A stretch of DNA of 61,962 nucleotides, filler included, from Streblomastix strix (GCA_008636045.1; 3 parts of 3 records of this genome joined end to end with filler, not necessarily neighbours in it), one strand, 5' to 3'. Positions 1 through 14,881 are shown, counted from the whole stretch's first letter. Program-made: numbers and translations. The notes: generated by a model from the sequence alone, not told the origin.

Positions 1-1
1 A

Positions 2-2749
2 GAAGGTGGATCAGGAGGTGCACTTGGATTAATGATGGGCAACAGTGTAGGTATGTTATCATGTGGATGGTATGGTGTGATATCTCCTGAAGGAGCTGCA
101 TCTATTTTGGGTCGATATAAAGATGATGAACATAAGAAGATTCAATTCCCAAAAGATTGCGCATAATTAGCTCATGTTTAATAGATCTATGCTGATCAAT
201 TGTTGAAGAAGAAAGTTATTGATGGAATTATTTGGGAAGAAGAAGATCTTGGGAAATTAAGAGAGAATTATACTTCATTCCCATAATTGAAGTAAAGATT
301 GTTGAAATTTACATGGAATGAACTTTCTAAATTTGAATAACTCTCACCAGAACAGATTGTTGAACACAGATACAACAGATTTCGTTAATTGGGACCATAT
401 CTGAACTTACCAAAAGAAACATTGCAACAATGGAAAGATGAAGCTAAATTATCTGCTACTCCTTAAATAGCGCAAGTCAAACCAATTCCAGGATCTGCTG
501 CATAATAAAAGATTGAAACACCTAAATTTGCCAAATACTTAGTTGATCTTGTTCTTAATGCACCACATGCGTCATTCAAGACTGACAAACCGATCCAATT
601 CTAGACTCTGCATAAACTCCCATCAACAGCTGCCATAAAAGCGCTGTCCGAATTTGAATCCGGACTTCCAGAACACTTAAAACAGATTGGGCAAACCAAC
701 GCTAAACAGATCCTAGATTCCAAAGGACCTTTAGCAGTCCGTGATTGGCTCATCGAGAACCGTTACAAAAGAGTCCTGATCACCGACACGACTATGCGAG
801 ATGCCCACCAGTCACTTCTGGCTACAAGACTGCGCACATCTGACATGGTTGCAGCAGCTTAAGAGATGAAAGCAGTCTTCGGATAGGCTTTTTCACTGGA
901 GATGTGGGGCGGCGCTACTTTTGATGTCGCTTTCAGGTTTCTGAGAGAGAATCCGTGGGAGAGACTCAGGATCTTGAGGAAACTGATCCCAAATGTGTGT
1001 TTCCAGATGTTGATCAGAGGAAGCAACGCTGTTGGATATGCAAACTACCCAGATAATGCAGTAGAAGAGTTTGTCAGAGTAGCGGCACTGGCTGGTATCG
1101 ATATATTCAGGGTTTTTGACTGCTTCAACGACACCACTAAGATGGCGTCATCTGTGAGAGCTGTTCTCAGAGCGAACAAGATCGCTGAAGTATGTCTGTG
1201 CTACACTGGCGATTTCCTAGATCCAGACGAGAAGATATATACACTGGAATACTATGCATCAGTTGCTAAGGAGATTGAAGCTATGGGAGCGCATATTATA
1301 GGCGTCAAAGATATGGCTGGGTTATTCAAACCAGAGAACGCAGCGCCTTTTATTAATAAGATCCACGAAGTGACAAAACTTCCTGTTCATTTCCACACGC
1401 ACAACACATCAGGTAACGCGCTTGCATCTTGCTTAGCAATGTCAGCAGCTGGATGTGAGATTATTGACTTGGCTGTATCTGCAATGGCTGATCTAACTTC
1501 ACAACCATCATTAAACGCGTTCTTAGCAGCTACGTAACATTCAGTACGTCCTTCTACAATCCCTTTCAAAGCCGTAGAACCACTCGCATCATATTGGGCT
1601 GTAGTTCGAACATACTACCAACACTTAGAATCTGGATAATTAGCATCAACAGCGCGCGTATACGAACATGAGATTCCAGGAGGTCAATACTCCAATTTAT
1701 TGATGCAGAGCAAAGAATTGGGTATTTGGGACAGATGGGACGAGGTTCTTGATATGTACAGGGATTGTAACAAAGCTTTGGGGAACTTAATCAAAGTAAC
1801 ACCATCATCTAAAGTAGTTGGAGATCTGGCTTTGTTTTTACTGAAGAAAGGACTCACAGCTGATGATGTACTTGAAGGGAAAATCACGATCGCGTATCCA
1901 GAATCAGTCAAACAGCTCTTCCGCGGTGAATTAGGGTATCCACACCATTGGAAACCTCCCTTTGAACTCACACCTGAATTCATATCACTACGAGACCGTG
2001 TTCTGAATGGTGAACCAATGCGCGAAGGAGCGATTGCATCAGTTAAGTTTGACGAGATCAGAGAAATACTTAAAAAAAGGTTCGGTAGAGACCCAGATGA
2101 TGAAGAAGTTGAGAGCCATGTGATGTATCCGGGTGTATTTGAAGGGTATAATAAGTTTGTCAGTTAATTTGGAGAAATGGCGACTTTTGTTCCAACCAGA
2201 GTTTTCTGGCATGGTATGGAAGTTGGATAGAAAGAAGTGATCTATGTTCCTAAGAATAGAATTGATGCTGATTTGGCTGCTGTGCTGCATATTGATGATA
2301 ATATTGATTCAAAAACTGAATCAAAAGATACTAAAAATGGTGAAGATGATGATCGTCCAATTGAGATCCGATTTGAGCTCATTCGCATCACACCAGTTGA
2401 TTCAAACAGCTATCGCACAATCACCCTCAGAATAAACGACATCAACTTCTCAGTTAAAATTGCCGACAAAGACGCAGGTAAAGCAGAAGGATTTTCTGGA
2501 ATCAAAGCAGATCCAGAAGACAAGAACCAAATCGCAGCTCCCATTCCAGGGATTATCAGCGAGATCAACACATCTGTTGGTGCACAAGTTGAGAAGGGCC
2601 AGAATATCGCCAAAATCACAGCTATGAAGATGGATCTGCGGATTCAGGCGCCTTTTGCTGGAAAAATCGCTGATGTTGGGCTCAGAGTTGGGGATAAGAT
2701 ATTGGCTGGGACTCTGATATTCGTTATTCAGCCGAAGATCAAACAATGA
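2..2749 (+). CDS. 5'-partial biotin-dependent transcarboxylase-like fusion: AccA-like acyl-CoA carboxyltransferase + pyruvate/oxaloacetate carboxyltransferase + biotin carrier
   Basis: One intronless frame with TAR=Gln (ORF-track pieces 902, 1700, 2237 share it), ending TGA 2747-2749. Motifs EGGSGGALG...VISPEGAASIL (AccA), DTTMRDAHQSLLATR, EMWGGATFD, KDMAG, HFHTH, HEIPGGQYSNL, KVTPSSKVVGD (pyruvate carboxylase CT), AMKM (biotinyl Lys). Confidence 0.93.
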
Positions 2750-3158
2750 GTGTTTTTCATTTGGTTAGTAACTTTTTTTTTATTTATGATCATGTTTCAG
2801 TTTATTTGTGATTTATTTTATTTGCATTGCATAGAGTAATAATTATTATTGTTTATTTTTGTTTATTATTATTTATTTTTTTTGAGATTTCTGAGTTAAA
2901 TGAGAGTTGTTTATACGGATATGGATTTGATATGTTTAATTTTTGAGTTTAAAGTTTTGTATTTAATTTCATCGTCTTTTTAACAAAGAGATTACCTGCT
3001 TCATTTACTTCAATATATTTTAACTGACAAGAGGAATTGGACAAATTAATCACTCTTTTATTTATTAATGAATTGAATTTTTTCAAAAGTTTCACTAAGT
3101 TCACTGAAGTTATTCTAAAGACTGCTTCCTAATTAATTAAATGAAAATATTTGAACTT

Positions 3159-5958
3159 TCAATCTTCCTTCCAAACTATTTTTCTTTGATTATCGAGTTT
3201 CTTTACTGTTGGAATATTCAGATGCTTTATTGAGTTCACAGTAATGGAAACATTTTTTCCTTCAAGATAGAACTAGAAAATTTAGTAAATAAACATAAAT
3301 AGTACAAAAATAAGATGTGAATCTGGCAAACTATGAATTCGATCTAAAGTGGAATGCCACTCAAATACACATTTTATTATACACCGTTAATGAAAAGATG
3401 AGCAGTTCCATGAGTTTTCAAATTAACTTCAAGCGTGATATAATCCCCGCTTTAAAATTGTGCATTACCACCAGATATTTAATTTGAAAATGAAACTTTT
3501 CCACTAAATAGCAGAATTAAAGATATTTAATTGAAAATACAGATTAAATACTGGGAAAATAACTATTTAAATTTCATACGTCTAACTAAATAGAGAAAAC
3601 TTATCATTATCTAATAGAAAATAAACGATGTGTATATAAAATTGATAAATGAATTAATAATTAAGCATCATTCATTTGATTAATAATGCAAACTAGGTCC
3701 ATAAAAAGGATTTCCTATCAAAGGAAAATTGAATCCACCTTTAATAATACCAACAGCTAAAAATAAATACAATGAATAATAATAAATATTAAATAAATAA
3801 AACCAAATAAAATAAAATATTTAATAATACGTTAAAATAATAAAATCACACATATTCCAGCAGCATTATTGGCCTTGAAATTGCACCTATATATACCATC
3901 TTAAAGCAGAGCATCGATTTAAAATTTATGTTACTCATAATTATTAGTTGTGTATGTAAAACTGCCATTACTGTGAATATAAGGACTATCAGGCAGTGCA
4001 ATCGTGAATTTAACACTGGTTTGATTCAGTTCTTATTGTTCAGTCAAAATTATCTACGATCTTTTTGCTAAAACAGCCTTACGCTTCATTTCATAGCGAA
4101 TTCTGCCTATTTCTCCTTCATTTCTTAATCTTTGCGATCTTTCCTGCTCTTTCTATCTCTAATACTGCTCATAAGCTTCATGATCAGCGACAAGCTCAAC
4201 AGATAATCTTTCAGTTTCAGTTCGTTCAACCACTATTTGCTATTGAAGCCAATGGTTCCTTGATTCCAATTCGGCTATTCGTTCGTTCTGGGTTTAGTGA
4301 TGTGGATGTATATGTGAAGATGAAGATGAAGATGAGCTTTGTATGAATTATTTTTAGCTCTGGTATTTATCAAGGATCTATTCGGCAGATTGTTTTGTTT
4401 CTTATTCATCGATATTTAATCTTATAAATTACAATGTTGGAATAAGCTCATCAATAACAGCGAGTCTATTATCATGTTCAACCAGTTCAAGCAAGATATT
4501 TAGTATTTAATTTTATATACCAATGGGGACTATTTTTATTTATTCATTTTCTTCAGAATCTGAAGCTGAAGAAGAAGTAGAAGATTTAGAAAAATTGTTT
4601 TGATCTTAATTACTATTTTTAAGTATTTCAAGAAAAGTATTTATAAATCGGGTTGAAAGTAATGCAGTTCTAACTTCAATATTTAATCTGATAATTTGCA
4701 ATATCGATTGACTCGCAGAATGTGAAAGATCTTAATTTTATGACTGCAATAAAGAAAATTAATCGAAAAATTATTAAAATTATAAGAAAAACAGTAATTA
4801 ATATTCCGCAAACAAGAATAATTTATATAAGCAGAGTAGCAATTGATTCACCTTTAATTGAATATTCATGTTTACCCCATCTAAGTCCAATTAATCTAAG
4901 AATTGCAATACTAATTTCCTAATAAAATTAAAATATTAGTGAAACCTTAAAATAAATCAAAATAGGAAAATATACTTTTAACTCTGACTTAGTCCCATCA
5001 GTAAGGAATCCTTTTAAAGTCCAAATAATATCCTGTTGGTGAATAGAACCATTAATATTTGGTACTAATCAAAAAATTTATGATTAGAAAATTAAAAAAG
5101 CAGAAATTTTATAAAAATAAAATAAATAATATAAAATTAAGTATTTATTAAGCAAATAGTGTTCAAACTAAGTAGTATTAAAGTCAATAGTTTATGCAAT
5201 GCAAAAATATGAATATTGTTATTTGATGATCTAAGATCTACAGCCAATTCTGTCTATTTATAAAAAAAAAAAAATAAAATAAAATTCAGCATCATTTAAT
5301 AATTATTAAGCACTCAAACAATCTTTTATTCGTCAATATCAACTGGAATTTCAGGAACTCTAAATGTTTTCTCTTCTTCTTCTTTGACTTTTTGCATAAT
5401 TTTATAGCAGAAATAATTTTCTTTAGCATTTCTTAAACGTTTCTTAAGCTAAATACGAATTTATCTAGTAATTGTTTAATAAATTTTTACTTAATGAATT
5501 TAATTAAGTATATTCTATAACAAAATCATCAAATAATTGTCTAGAACTATAATCTCTTATTTCTTTACAGGCCTATTTACAAAAGGTAAAATGCTAAATA
5601 TTTATTGTAACACTACTTATTTATTATTATATTCGTCTATAAATTATACCAATTATTGGTTGGAATGTAAATTTCTTCATTTTTATTATTTTAACAGCTA
5701 ATCTCTTATTTTTATAGCCAATAATAATTATTTATTTTATCAAATTGAATTTAATAATGTGAATTTTAAGATCAACTAACAATATTTTATTATTTTTTCA
5801 TCAGAAAATTTGGAATCTAAAATAATTTTCGAAATATCATAAAATTTTGGTGAAATTATAGTTTAAATATTATATTTTACTTATAACATAATTATAATTT
5901 TTAATAATTATCTTAATTTGTTCAAAATTTTCCTTAAATCAAATTGCAACTGATTCAT
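3159..5958 (-). CDS. Multi-exon protein with ARM-like helices, coiled coil and C-terminal SPRY-like domain (5' exons uncertain)
   Basis: GT-AG exons join to GIYRCNF..VGIIKGG..GNAQFQSGDYITLEVNLKTHGTAHLFINGVQQNVYLSGIP..IVWKED-TGA (3159-3161). Structure above about 5470 and the start are tentative. Confidence 0.6.
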
Positions 5959-6022
5959 TTTGCTTTTTTATATTTTTTACTTTCATTCTGTATTAGAACT
6001 CTATTACAGACCTTATATTAAA

Positions 6023-9000
6023 ATGTCTTTATAGCGGAACAGAAACTAGGGCTCATCTTCGTAATTTATTCCTACATCTTTTTAACAACGTTCATCATCA
6101 GCCCCCAGAAAATCATAATATACCGAACAGACAAATTATTCTCCAAGTTATATTAATTTGGACCCTGTTACTCAACGCAGTACATAACACACGTCTCGAA
6201 GTGCCTATAATCCCCAATTTGCAGGAGTTGGCATGGGTAATAATACATTCTTAAATGCCATAGGTCAACTCTAGCAGGATAACGACCCAAATTCTGCTGC
6301 TCTCCTTCAATTATATATGGACAGTTAGAATAATACTCAATCTCCACAGATTCAGAGCAACATCCCATTTCAAGCAAATTCTCAGTAATTGACACAATAG
6401 TAAATGGTTGCATTAATTCAATAAAGGCAACTTTTGCAATAATAACAATTTATAAATAATCCCAATTTAATGATGGCAAATCAAATTAATACTCCATAAT
6501 AGCGATAATAGCAAATGATGCTACAATTATAGCTTTAAAAATAATAACAGTAAAGACAATTACAATAATAAATTCTTACTTAACAAACTCCAATCTACGG
6601 TAAACAGAATGAACAACTTTTATTTTTCAATTCAAACAACACCAATCAATAAATTAGTAACAATTCCCCACAACTCCGAATGCCTTAATATTAGTCATTG
6701 AATTCAGGAAATGCTAATATGAATATAAATTAGAGTTAAATTACAACAAACTTTGCCCCATACAGCTAATTCTAACTTCCATAAGCTGAATTCAATCCAT
6801 CAAACTCATCTTTATTAAAATAACAATAACAGTAGCAATAATAACAATTAATGTAATAGCAAATGTAATAATTAGCATTACAGCAGAATTAATTTACTTT
6901 GCCATTAACACAATCAAACACAGCAACTTCACAGTAATAACCTCAATTTAGTCTATAATCCAGTTAATTAACACAATTTTCAAGTCCATTGGCATAAGAT
7001 ATATTACATGACATAGAAGAACAGATACAACTGAATGATCAACTGTTGAGCTAATATAAGAATGGATCTAATTCAGATCTGAAGTTGGAATAACTCCAGC
7101 TGCAATAAAATTTGTAGTAGTAGTAGTAATAATAGTAATAATAATCAAACAATAAATCATAATTAAACTAAACATCATAATCAAATTAACTCTCAAACAA
7201 TTCATCATAAAATCGATTACTATAAACTCAGCAACAATAAAAAGCAAATTTATCTGCAATTCCACCTCAACAAATTAAAGTCACATCTTCACAAATACAA
7301 AGACCTCCATCTCCTTCTTTTTTGACTTCATAATCACAATTAATGAACCAATCATCTTAATAAACAACAACTAAATTAAAGCCACTGTCTAAGCAAAGCG
7401 CACAGGAGATTCTGAATAACTAAGAAAAGTTACTTAAAAGTTAAGAAAATGACTCAAAAATTGAGCAAAATGGATAAATTGAAGCATAATTGAGCAATTA
7501 GAGCTCAGATAGTTCAGCCAGACGAGAGAGCAAGAATTCTCAATAAAATTCATCAACATCTTAAACTTCATCTTCAACAAATAATAACAACCAACCAATT
7601 AAAACCAGATAAGTAATATAAAATACAATCATATAATCCAATAATAATAATCTTCCTTCTTAATAATCATCATCATCTTCTTCTTCTTCTTCTTCTTCAC
7701 CTTCCCAGAATTCAAACACCAATTCATAATCATCATTATCATCATTATAACACTCCACACAGATGTAACAGATATAATCAAGACCTTCCCACCCATAATT
7801 GAATCAGAAACATTCACATAGAAGGGTTATTCCAATAATTAATGATAATATTAATATTAATGATAGTAATAATAATAATATGATGAGTAGTTAGAATATT
7901 GGGAATAATAATAATATTAATAATGCATAATAGTTATTGAATACTTCTTCAGTATAATAGCAAACTTCTTAATAACAAAGTTTGTAATTGAATTAATCTA
8001 CATCTCCAACTGCTTCTCCACAATCAGTCAGTTCAGGTTCATCTTTAACTTCATAATCTTCATCTAATAATTATAATTCAAATTCAAATACAAATAATAA
8101 TTCAAATTCAAACAACAATTCTACGCTGAGTGCGATTATTACAACAAATACACCTAATAATCAGTAAATATAGCAGTAGATATAAATGCAAACTCCATCT
8201 GGATCACCAAATATATTATCAACATCATCTTCTATACAATAACAATTGCAATAATAGTTATTATAATAGTAACTATAATAATCATCATCATAATAATAAT
8301 CTTCATCATCATCTTCATAATAACAACAACACCAACACATCCAACTAATTAAACGCAAATCCAGCAGCTCAATAAAATCAAACACTTCTCAGAACTCGAA
8401 CTCAAATCGATCTTCGCTCTCTATTCAATAATAAATCCTGTAGTCAACTTCTCCAAATCAGCAGCAGATTCCTCCATCATCTGTTTCTCCTTCAATAATT
8501 CCTTAGTCTTAATCTGTTGTATCTAATTAGTCTAATATATCTAATTAGTCTAATTAATCTAATATATCTAATAATTAATAATCAGTTGTTCCTTCGTCAT
8601 AGAGGTCTTAGAAATCGACTTCTTCATCTTCTTCTTCCTAATCTCCTACTTAATTATCGTCCTTATTGTAGTAATAGAAAGAATAATAAGGATAATTGAT
8701 TAATATTTCGCCAAGATAAAAGTCATAGGCTAATTAAAACAACAGTTAAAGTTAGGTAATAATTAAAGATTAGTAAATAAATATGTAATAATTGAACTAA
8801 TTACCAAATTAATAACTATAGTAAAATGTATTTAATCTGACTCCTAATGCTTCCAACATCATACAGCAATATCAATTGTAAAACCAACAAAAGTAAAATC
8901 AATAATAATAATAAGTTTAATAATAAGTTTAATTACAACTTCCTCAAGTATACAAATCAAACTTCACTTAATCATAATAATTAACAACTTCATAACAAGT

Positions 9001-12000
9001 TTAAGCAATTAATTAAGAAGCAAATCCATAAAATGCAGTAAATTAATCTCAAACAAATAATCCTATTGTAAATAAATCATAAAGTCCTTCAAATCAAAAT
9101 TCCATTGATAATTAGATCAACAATTAAATTAGTATCATTCAAGTTAGAATAAGACCATAATGGAGATTTCCTAATCTGGGTATTCCTAATTTAGGAAATA
9201 CGTGTTATTTGAACAGCGCTATGCAGGTTTGTGAAAGAATAATTAATATGTTCATAAACAAGTGAAAAAAAAAATATTTAATAATTATGTTGATTTTAAA
9301 ATTGATTTTTATTTAACTATTTATATAACTATATTATTAATTCAATTTTTCACAATTTTAGGCTGTCACATATTCCACACTCTTAATTGACACTGTCTTC
9401 CAATCTTAATTCTGCATTAATATCCTATAGTAGGAAAACATTAATCAGAAATAACATCAACAATAACAACAATAATAATAATCCCAATAATAATAGTAAT
9501 AGTAAAGATAAGAATACAATTCAACTTTCTCGTTTATCAACAATCCAAGATAAGATATTAAAGTTAAGAAGAAGATGAATGAAACAATGGCAAAGTTAAT
9601 CAAGAAGAAATCGTCTTAATTGTAGAAGCAATACTCGGATCAATAAATTAAGTTTAGTGATAAATCTTTGGAGTAAATAGTGTGATAATAAATAAATTTA
9701 TTATTATGAATTAATAATGTAAATATTTAGTTTAATTTATTCTTATTATTCTTTTTCTTATTATTTTATTGAATTTTTTCTTAATAGAAACAATAAGTAT
9801 AATAAGACTGCTATAGTGAATATGCGAATTGGTTTCGTCTTGCAAGAGCTGTAGTTAAAGAAATGGAAATAATGAGGTTTGCCAAATATAAATAATTAAA
9901 TTAATTTAATAAATTTTATGATTGATTTAATATTAATTAACTAATTATAAATTATATTATTATATTATTATACATCAGAGATGATGGTGAAGACAATGAA
10001 GCGATAATGCTTAACGTATGTAAATTTGAATAAACAAATTTATAAATATATAATCAATATTTTTCAATTTTAAATTAATTCTAAATATTTTTTATTTATT
10101 TATTTATTTATCCACTATTCTTTGTTTATTTAGGAAGAGATCAATGTTGATGATCAACTTCTCAATCAAATAGAAAAGGAACAACAATTTTATTAATAAT
10201 AACAATAATAATAATCTTCACCAGAAAAAATATAATTCACTTCATCTGCTTTGAGCTCAATTTATTAGAAGAATAAACTTGGATATAAAATATCTGTTGA
10301 TACAGTAGCTAGGAGCATTGCTTTAGGATTGTTGAAGTGCGTGATTAATAAGAGAAATGAATTTATATTTAAATAAACATTAACAAATTTTTTTATTTTA
10401 TTTACTAATAATATTTTTATTATATATTTTTATTTAATTATTTAATATATTTATTTATTATTATTTTATTCCAACTTCAGAATGCTTGGAGAGTAAAATC
10501 CATTGTTTAAAGGAAGAAGTTAGCAGGATTCACATGAAGCACTTCTTTCTATTCTCGATGCGCTTCATGAAGTTTCTACTGATAAAGGTATAAGATTTAT
10601 ATTTAATTTTAGTTGAAATTTAAATATTAAATATGTATAAATATATTAGAATAATTTTACTATTATATTTATTTTCTTATTGTATAGTTGCAATGTAATA
10701 AGCCGAAGTCAAATTGAAATAAATGACAAATGAATTGAATATGCTCAAAGAAATTGAATAAAATAAGAATTTAAATAACAATGAAGCAAATAATATAAAC
10801 GAAGATTAAAAATCAAATTAAAATTCAAATACAAATACAAAATCAAATAGCAATTCAATTACAATTACAAATACAGATTCTAATACAAATACAAACTCAA
10901 CATTAACAACAGAAATCAATTCATTATCCACATCAGCATCTTAAACACAATCAACAACACCAACACCTGTTTTATCAGGAAATTCATCTATTATTCAATA
11001 ATAATAAGATTTGTAATAATAATCAAATCAATAAGATCAATAACAACAATAACAACAATAATAACAACTAAATACCTCATACTCATTCGCATAGCTGCAG
11101 CAACTGGACGATCAAATCTCTCCACAGCTCAACAGACACACAATAAGCAGAACCAACACCTCGCATTCAATGAAGCGGTCAGATTCTATCCATGTTTTGG
11201 CTGAGTTGTAATCTCCCAGATAGAAGTAATATGTTGACAGAGAAGCTAAGGAAAGAGATGAGATGGTTAGAAGAGGGAAAGAAATGAGTATAAAATAATA
11301 GTAGTAGTAATAATAAGAAAAATAATAATAATAAGAAAATGAAAAATTGAATTAAAATAATGAGAAAAATAAAGAAAATGCGAATAAATAAGATTTTGAT
11401 GCTGATTTGGATGAGTAGAGAAAAAGGATGAATTAGAGCATGCCTTCAGTATCAGGACCTCTTCATTAACAATAACAACAATAATAATAAGATTATTCAT
11501 TCTCACATCCAACACCAAATGCGCCAACATTACAAACACGCACTTCACCATCACATATAAATTAACAATAACAATAATAATAATCTCAATAATAATAAAG
11601 TCAATAAACTTAACAATAAACTTAATAACAATAAAATTAATAGCTATCTTCACCTTCAAAAGTCTTAATATCAACTGCATTATAATAATAGTAGTAATAA
11701 AGACCACTATTTTCATCATAGGAGTTTGCAATTGAATGGATGAAGTATGAGTCGGAGAATGCAAGTGCTATTACAAGGTAATATAAAGATATTATTATAT
11801 ATAAAGATATTATTATATTATTATATATTATGTATTGAAATACTGTTTGTTTTATATTACTGTCATATGTATTGAAATATTATATGTATTATATTATTAT
11901 TTATATTATATTAAGGCATTCTATGGGAATGGCAGCAACAGGAGTATTTTGCACAGGTGTGAAAAATATTCATTAGTTAACATTATAATATTTAATATTC

Positions 12001-13469
12001 ATATTAAATTTCCCAATATACATATTAATACCAATATTAATACAAAATACTAATTCAAATACTAATATTAATATATATAAATATATATTCAGGATGTCGA
12101 ACAGCTCGTTGCACACACTAGCCGTTCTCAATCTTATCATTGACAATTCCTCCATTTTCAGCACAAACGCAATAATAATAATAATAATCAATTACCAGTC
12201 AAACTAATTAGATATAAGACCCGAAGAATATCAAAGATATTTACTCAGAAACTGCACCTGTATATTCTAATTCTAATAAGAAGAAAGTATAGTAAATTAA
12301 GAGTGGTAGATTCAGGGAAGTCAGTTTGTATGAGTTGTTGAAGGTATATAAATGATTTATATATAATAAATGTTGATATTAATTATTTAGGTTATAATAA
12401 AATTAAATTATTTGAATTAATTGGTTAATTTAATAATAAATATTTAATTTTTATTAATTATTATTTATTAAAAAAAGCATTTCCATGAAATGAATGATAT
12501 TTCATCTGGCATTGATTGTGATATTTGCAAGAAAGCGCAGAAAGCGAAACATTTCTTGTTCATCTCACATTGGCCAGATGTACTTTTTTTATGTATGAAT
12601 TAATATTAGTAATTAAATATAAAGTAATGCTAAATTTATTATTGGAGAGTGATAATTTAATTTAATTAATATTTATATTTATTTTTATTAGTTTAGCATA
12701 CTAATTTAATTTAATTAATATTTATATTTATTTTTATTAATTTAACATACTAATTTAACATACTAATTTAATTTAATATATTCTATTTACATTCTATTTT
12801 GTATTCGATTTTACATTCATTTTACATACCAGAAATCAACCGTTTCAGTGACAATGGATATGGAGTAGAGAAAGATTTCACTTCCATTCATATACCTGAA
12901 CTTCTTGAGAGAAGATAAATAATAGCGCATTGCTTCAGATAATAACCTATGGCATCGGCTTAGGATGTATGGTTGAGATTAAACTATTAATTAAGACTTC
13001 AGATGAGATTAAATTAAATAATTAATAGGAAAATTAATACTAAGAATGATATAGGAAATTTATTTATTTATTTTCTTATTTTTTTTATTTAATAGACACT
13101 TGCACCACCACATGATTATGTATTGACAGCTGCCATATTTCACAGTGGATCAATGATTGGTGGTCATTATACATGGTATATATTTATTATTATATATTCA
13201 ATGTTTCTTTTCAATTATTTGTTATTATTATTTCATATTTTTATCTATTTATCATCCGCATAATATCTAATTCGCATATTATATATTATATATCTATCTT
13301 CATATATCTATTTCACACTATTATACTATTCTTCAGCTACGGTCGTCTTCTAGACGGGTCCTGGGTGCATCACAGCGACTCATTCACAACTCGGTCGCAT
13401 CCACCCCCTACGCCTTCATCTGAGGCATACTGCCTGGTATATACATCGAGGACTAAGCTATATAGATGA
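6023..13469 (+). CDS. Ubiquitin-specific protease (USP, peptidase C19) with very long Q/N/S-rich N-terminus
   Basis: ATG 6023 in frame with Cys box GIPNLGNTCYLNSAMQ (exon ends 9226); QQDSHE at about 10521; CTGC and CDIC zinc knuckles; PDVLFLQINRF; His box HSGSMIGGHY..W..HSDS; AYCLVY; TGA 13467-13469. Confidence 0.9.
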
Positions 13470-13742
13470 TGTACAGTTATAGGTGGAAATGGTGATATTT
13501 GGGAATGATTGGATTGTATTATTTTTATTTTTTCATATTTTGTCGCATTTTTTTTCACTTTATTGTGTATAATAAAATAATCGATCATTTATTAGGGATT
13601 AATAAAAATTAAATTGCTTAAAGCCATTCACATTATTATAATTTATTAAACCACTCAGATAACACGCTTTAAACTTCGGACCAGTTATTACTTTTGTTAT
13701 ACCCAAGTAAGAGCATTCCCGAAGTGCGAAGGATGATGTGCT

Positions 13743-14198
13743 TCAAATGCGTGTTGCTTTCTCGGTCAGGTCTTCCTCCCTGAAGGACTCGTCAACATCC
13801 AGCTCATTTTAGATACCATCGAAGGCGCTTTTTACGGTGTTTTTTGCAGACGCGTACAGCATTCTTTACCGCACTTTTGTCGTGGTTGGTGAGTATAGGA
13901 TCAGGAATATCTTCGTACGAGTAGCTCCTTCAATCACGTAGTCGTGGTTAATGATCAAGTATCGGGGTTCGTTCGGTGGCAAGGAGCTTTTTAAATCCTG
14001 AAATAATAAAAATATAAAATTAATAATAAAATGCGGTATTATTCAAACTGCAAATGTCTTTGTTTTATCTCCTTCGTGGTCAACAACTATTTCTTTATCA
14101 TTGATAATCTTGAAAACAATGAAGCTGTGCTTGTGCTGGAATTTCAGTTCGGTGAACTTTGCAACTGCTTCATCCGTCGGGGCAATTCCAATATTCAT
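13743..14198 (-). CDS. ADF/cofilin actin-depolymerising factor
   Basis: Two exons: MNIGIAPTDEAVAKFTELKFQHKHSFIVFKI..LPPNEPRY..KIFLILYSP..VRQRMLYASAK..GIQ..; TGA 13743-13745. Confidence 0.9.
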
Positions 14199-14881
14199 TC
14201 TGATAGTCTATTTAATAATTAATAAATGGAAAATAAAAATTAATAAATGAATCAAATTGGTTGAAAATCAATAATATTTTGCACAAAATCAATTTCTTTT
14301 CAAATATTTTGAATTTCGATTTTTGTAATTAAATTTGGGTGAATAAATGATTGGTTTGTATTACATTAAATAGATGCAAAGCTTGCGTTACAAAAACATA
14401 TCAGTATCGAAAATCAAACAGTGGATAAGAAAGAAAATTCTCGTCTCCATTCAAACTTAATTTTTTTTCAAGATCGATAAAATGCGTATTTTCAAATATT
14501 AATTTCAATAAATTGAAATTTTTAAATTATTATTTATTAAAACAATATATCAACAAAACCAATAATCATTAATTTAAATGCTTTGATTTCTTACTACGTT
14601 TTTGATTAATAAATATATAATGTTCTTCTCGTTAAATTGCGTAATGAATATTAAAATATCTATGAGAATATATTCCGATAAAATCAATTTGTTATTTATT
14701 GAATCTTTCATTTTTATATTTTTTATTTAAATATATAGTTGTTAAATAGAAGAAATATTAAGTGAGAAGATTGATAATACGTTATTAACTCTAAATAGCA
14801 ATAATCTAAATTTATTTATTATATATCCTTTTCTAGTCAATTCTAATTATCATATTATTGATTGAAATTTAATTTCTTTAA

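Noticed and set aside
902..2749. Three ORFs resembling a split or pseudogenised pyruvate carboxylase or bacterial operon
   Set aside because: Same frame, separated only by TAA/TAG, which encode Gln.
3668..3670. Apparent TGA ending the SPRY gene early
   Set aside because: It lies in an intron; further exons complete the domain to 3159.
5772..5774. Possible further in-frame TGA in 5' exons of the SPRY gene
   Set aside because: Exon structure and frame there are too ambiguous to count.
7068..11764. Poly-Ile/Met/Asn ORFs in the track that look like membrane proteins
   Set aside because: Antisense or off-frame shadows of TAA/AAT/TCA triplet tracts in the USP gene.
13655..13740. GC-richer stretch after cofilin as a possible snoRNA or other ncRNA
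   Set aside because: No complete C/D or H/ACA boxes or tRNA fold seen; likely 3' UTR.
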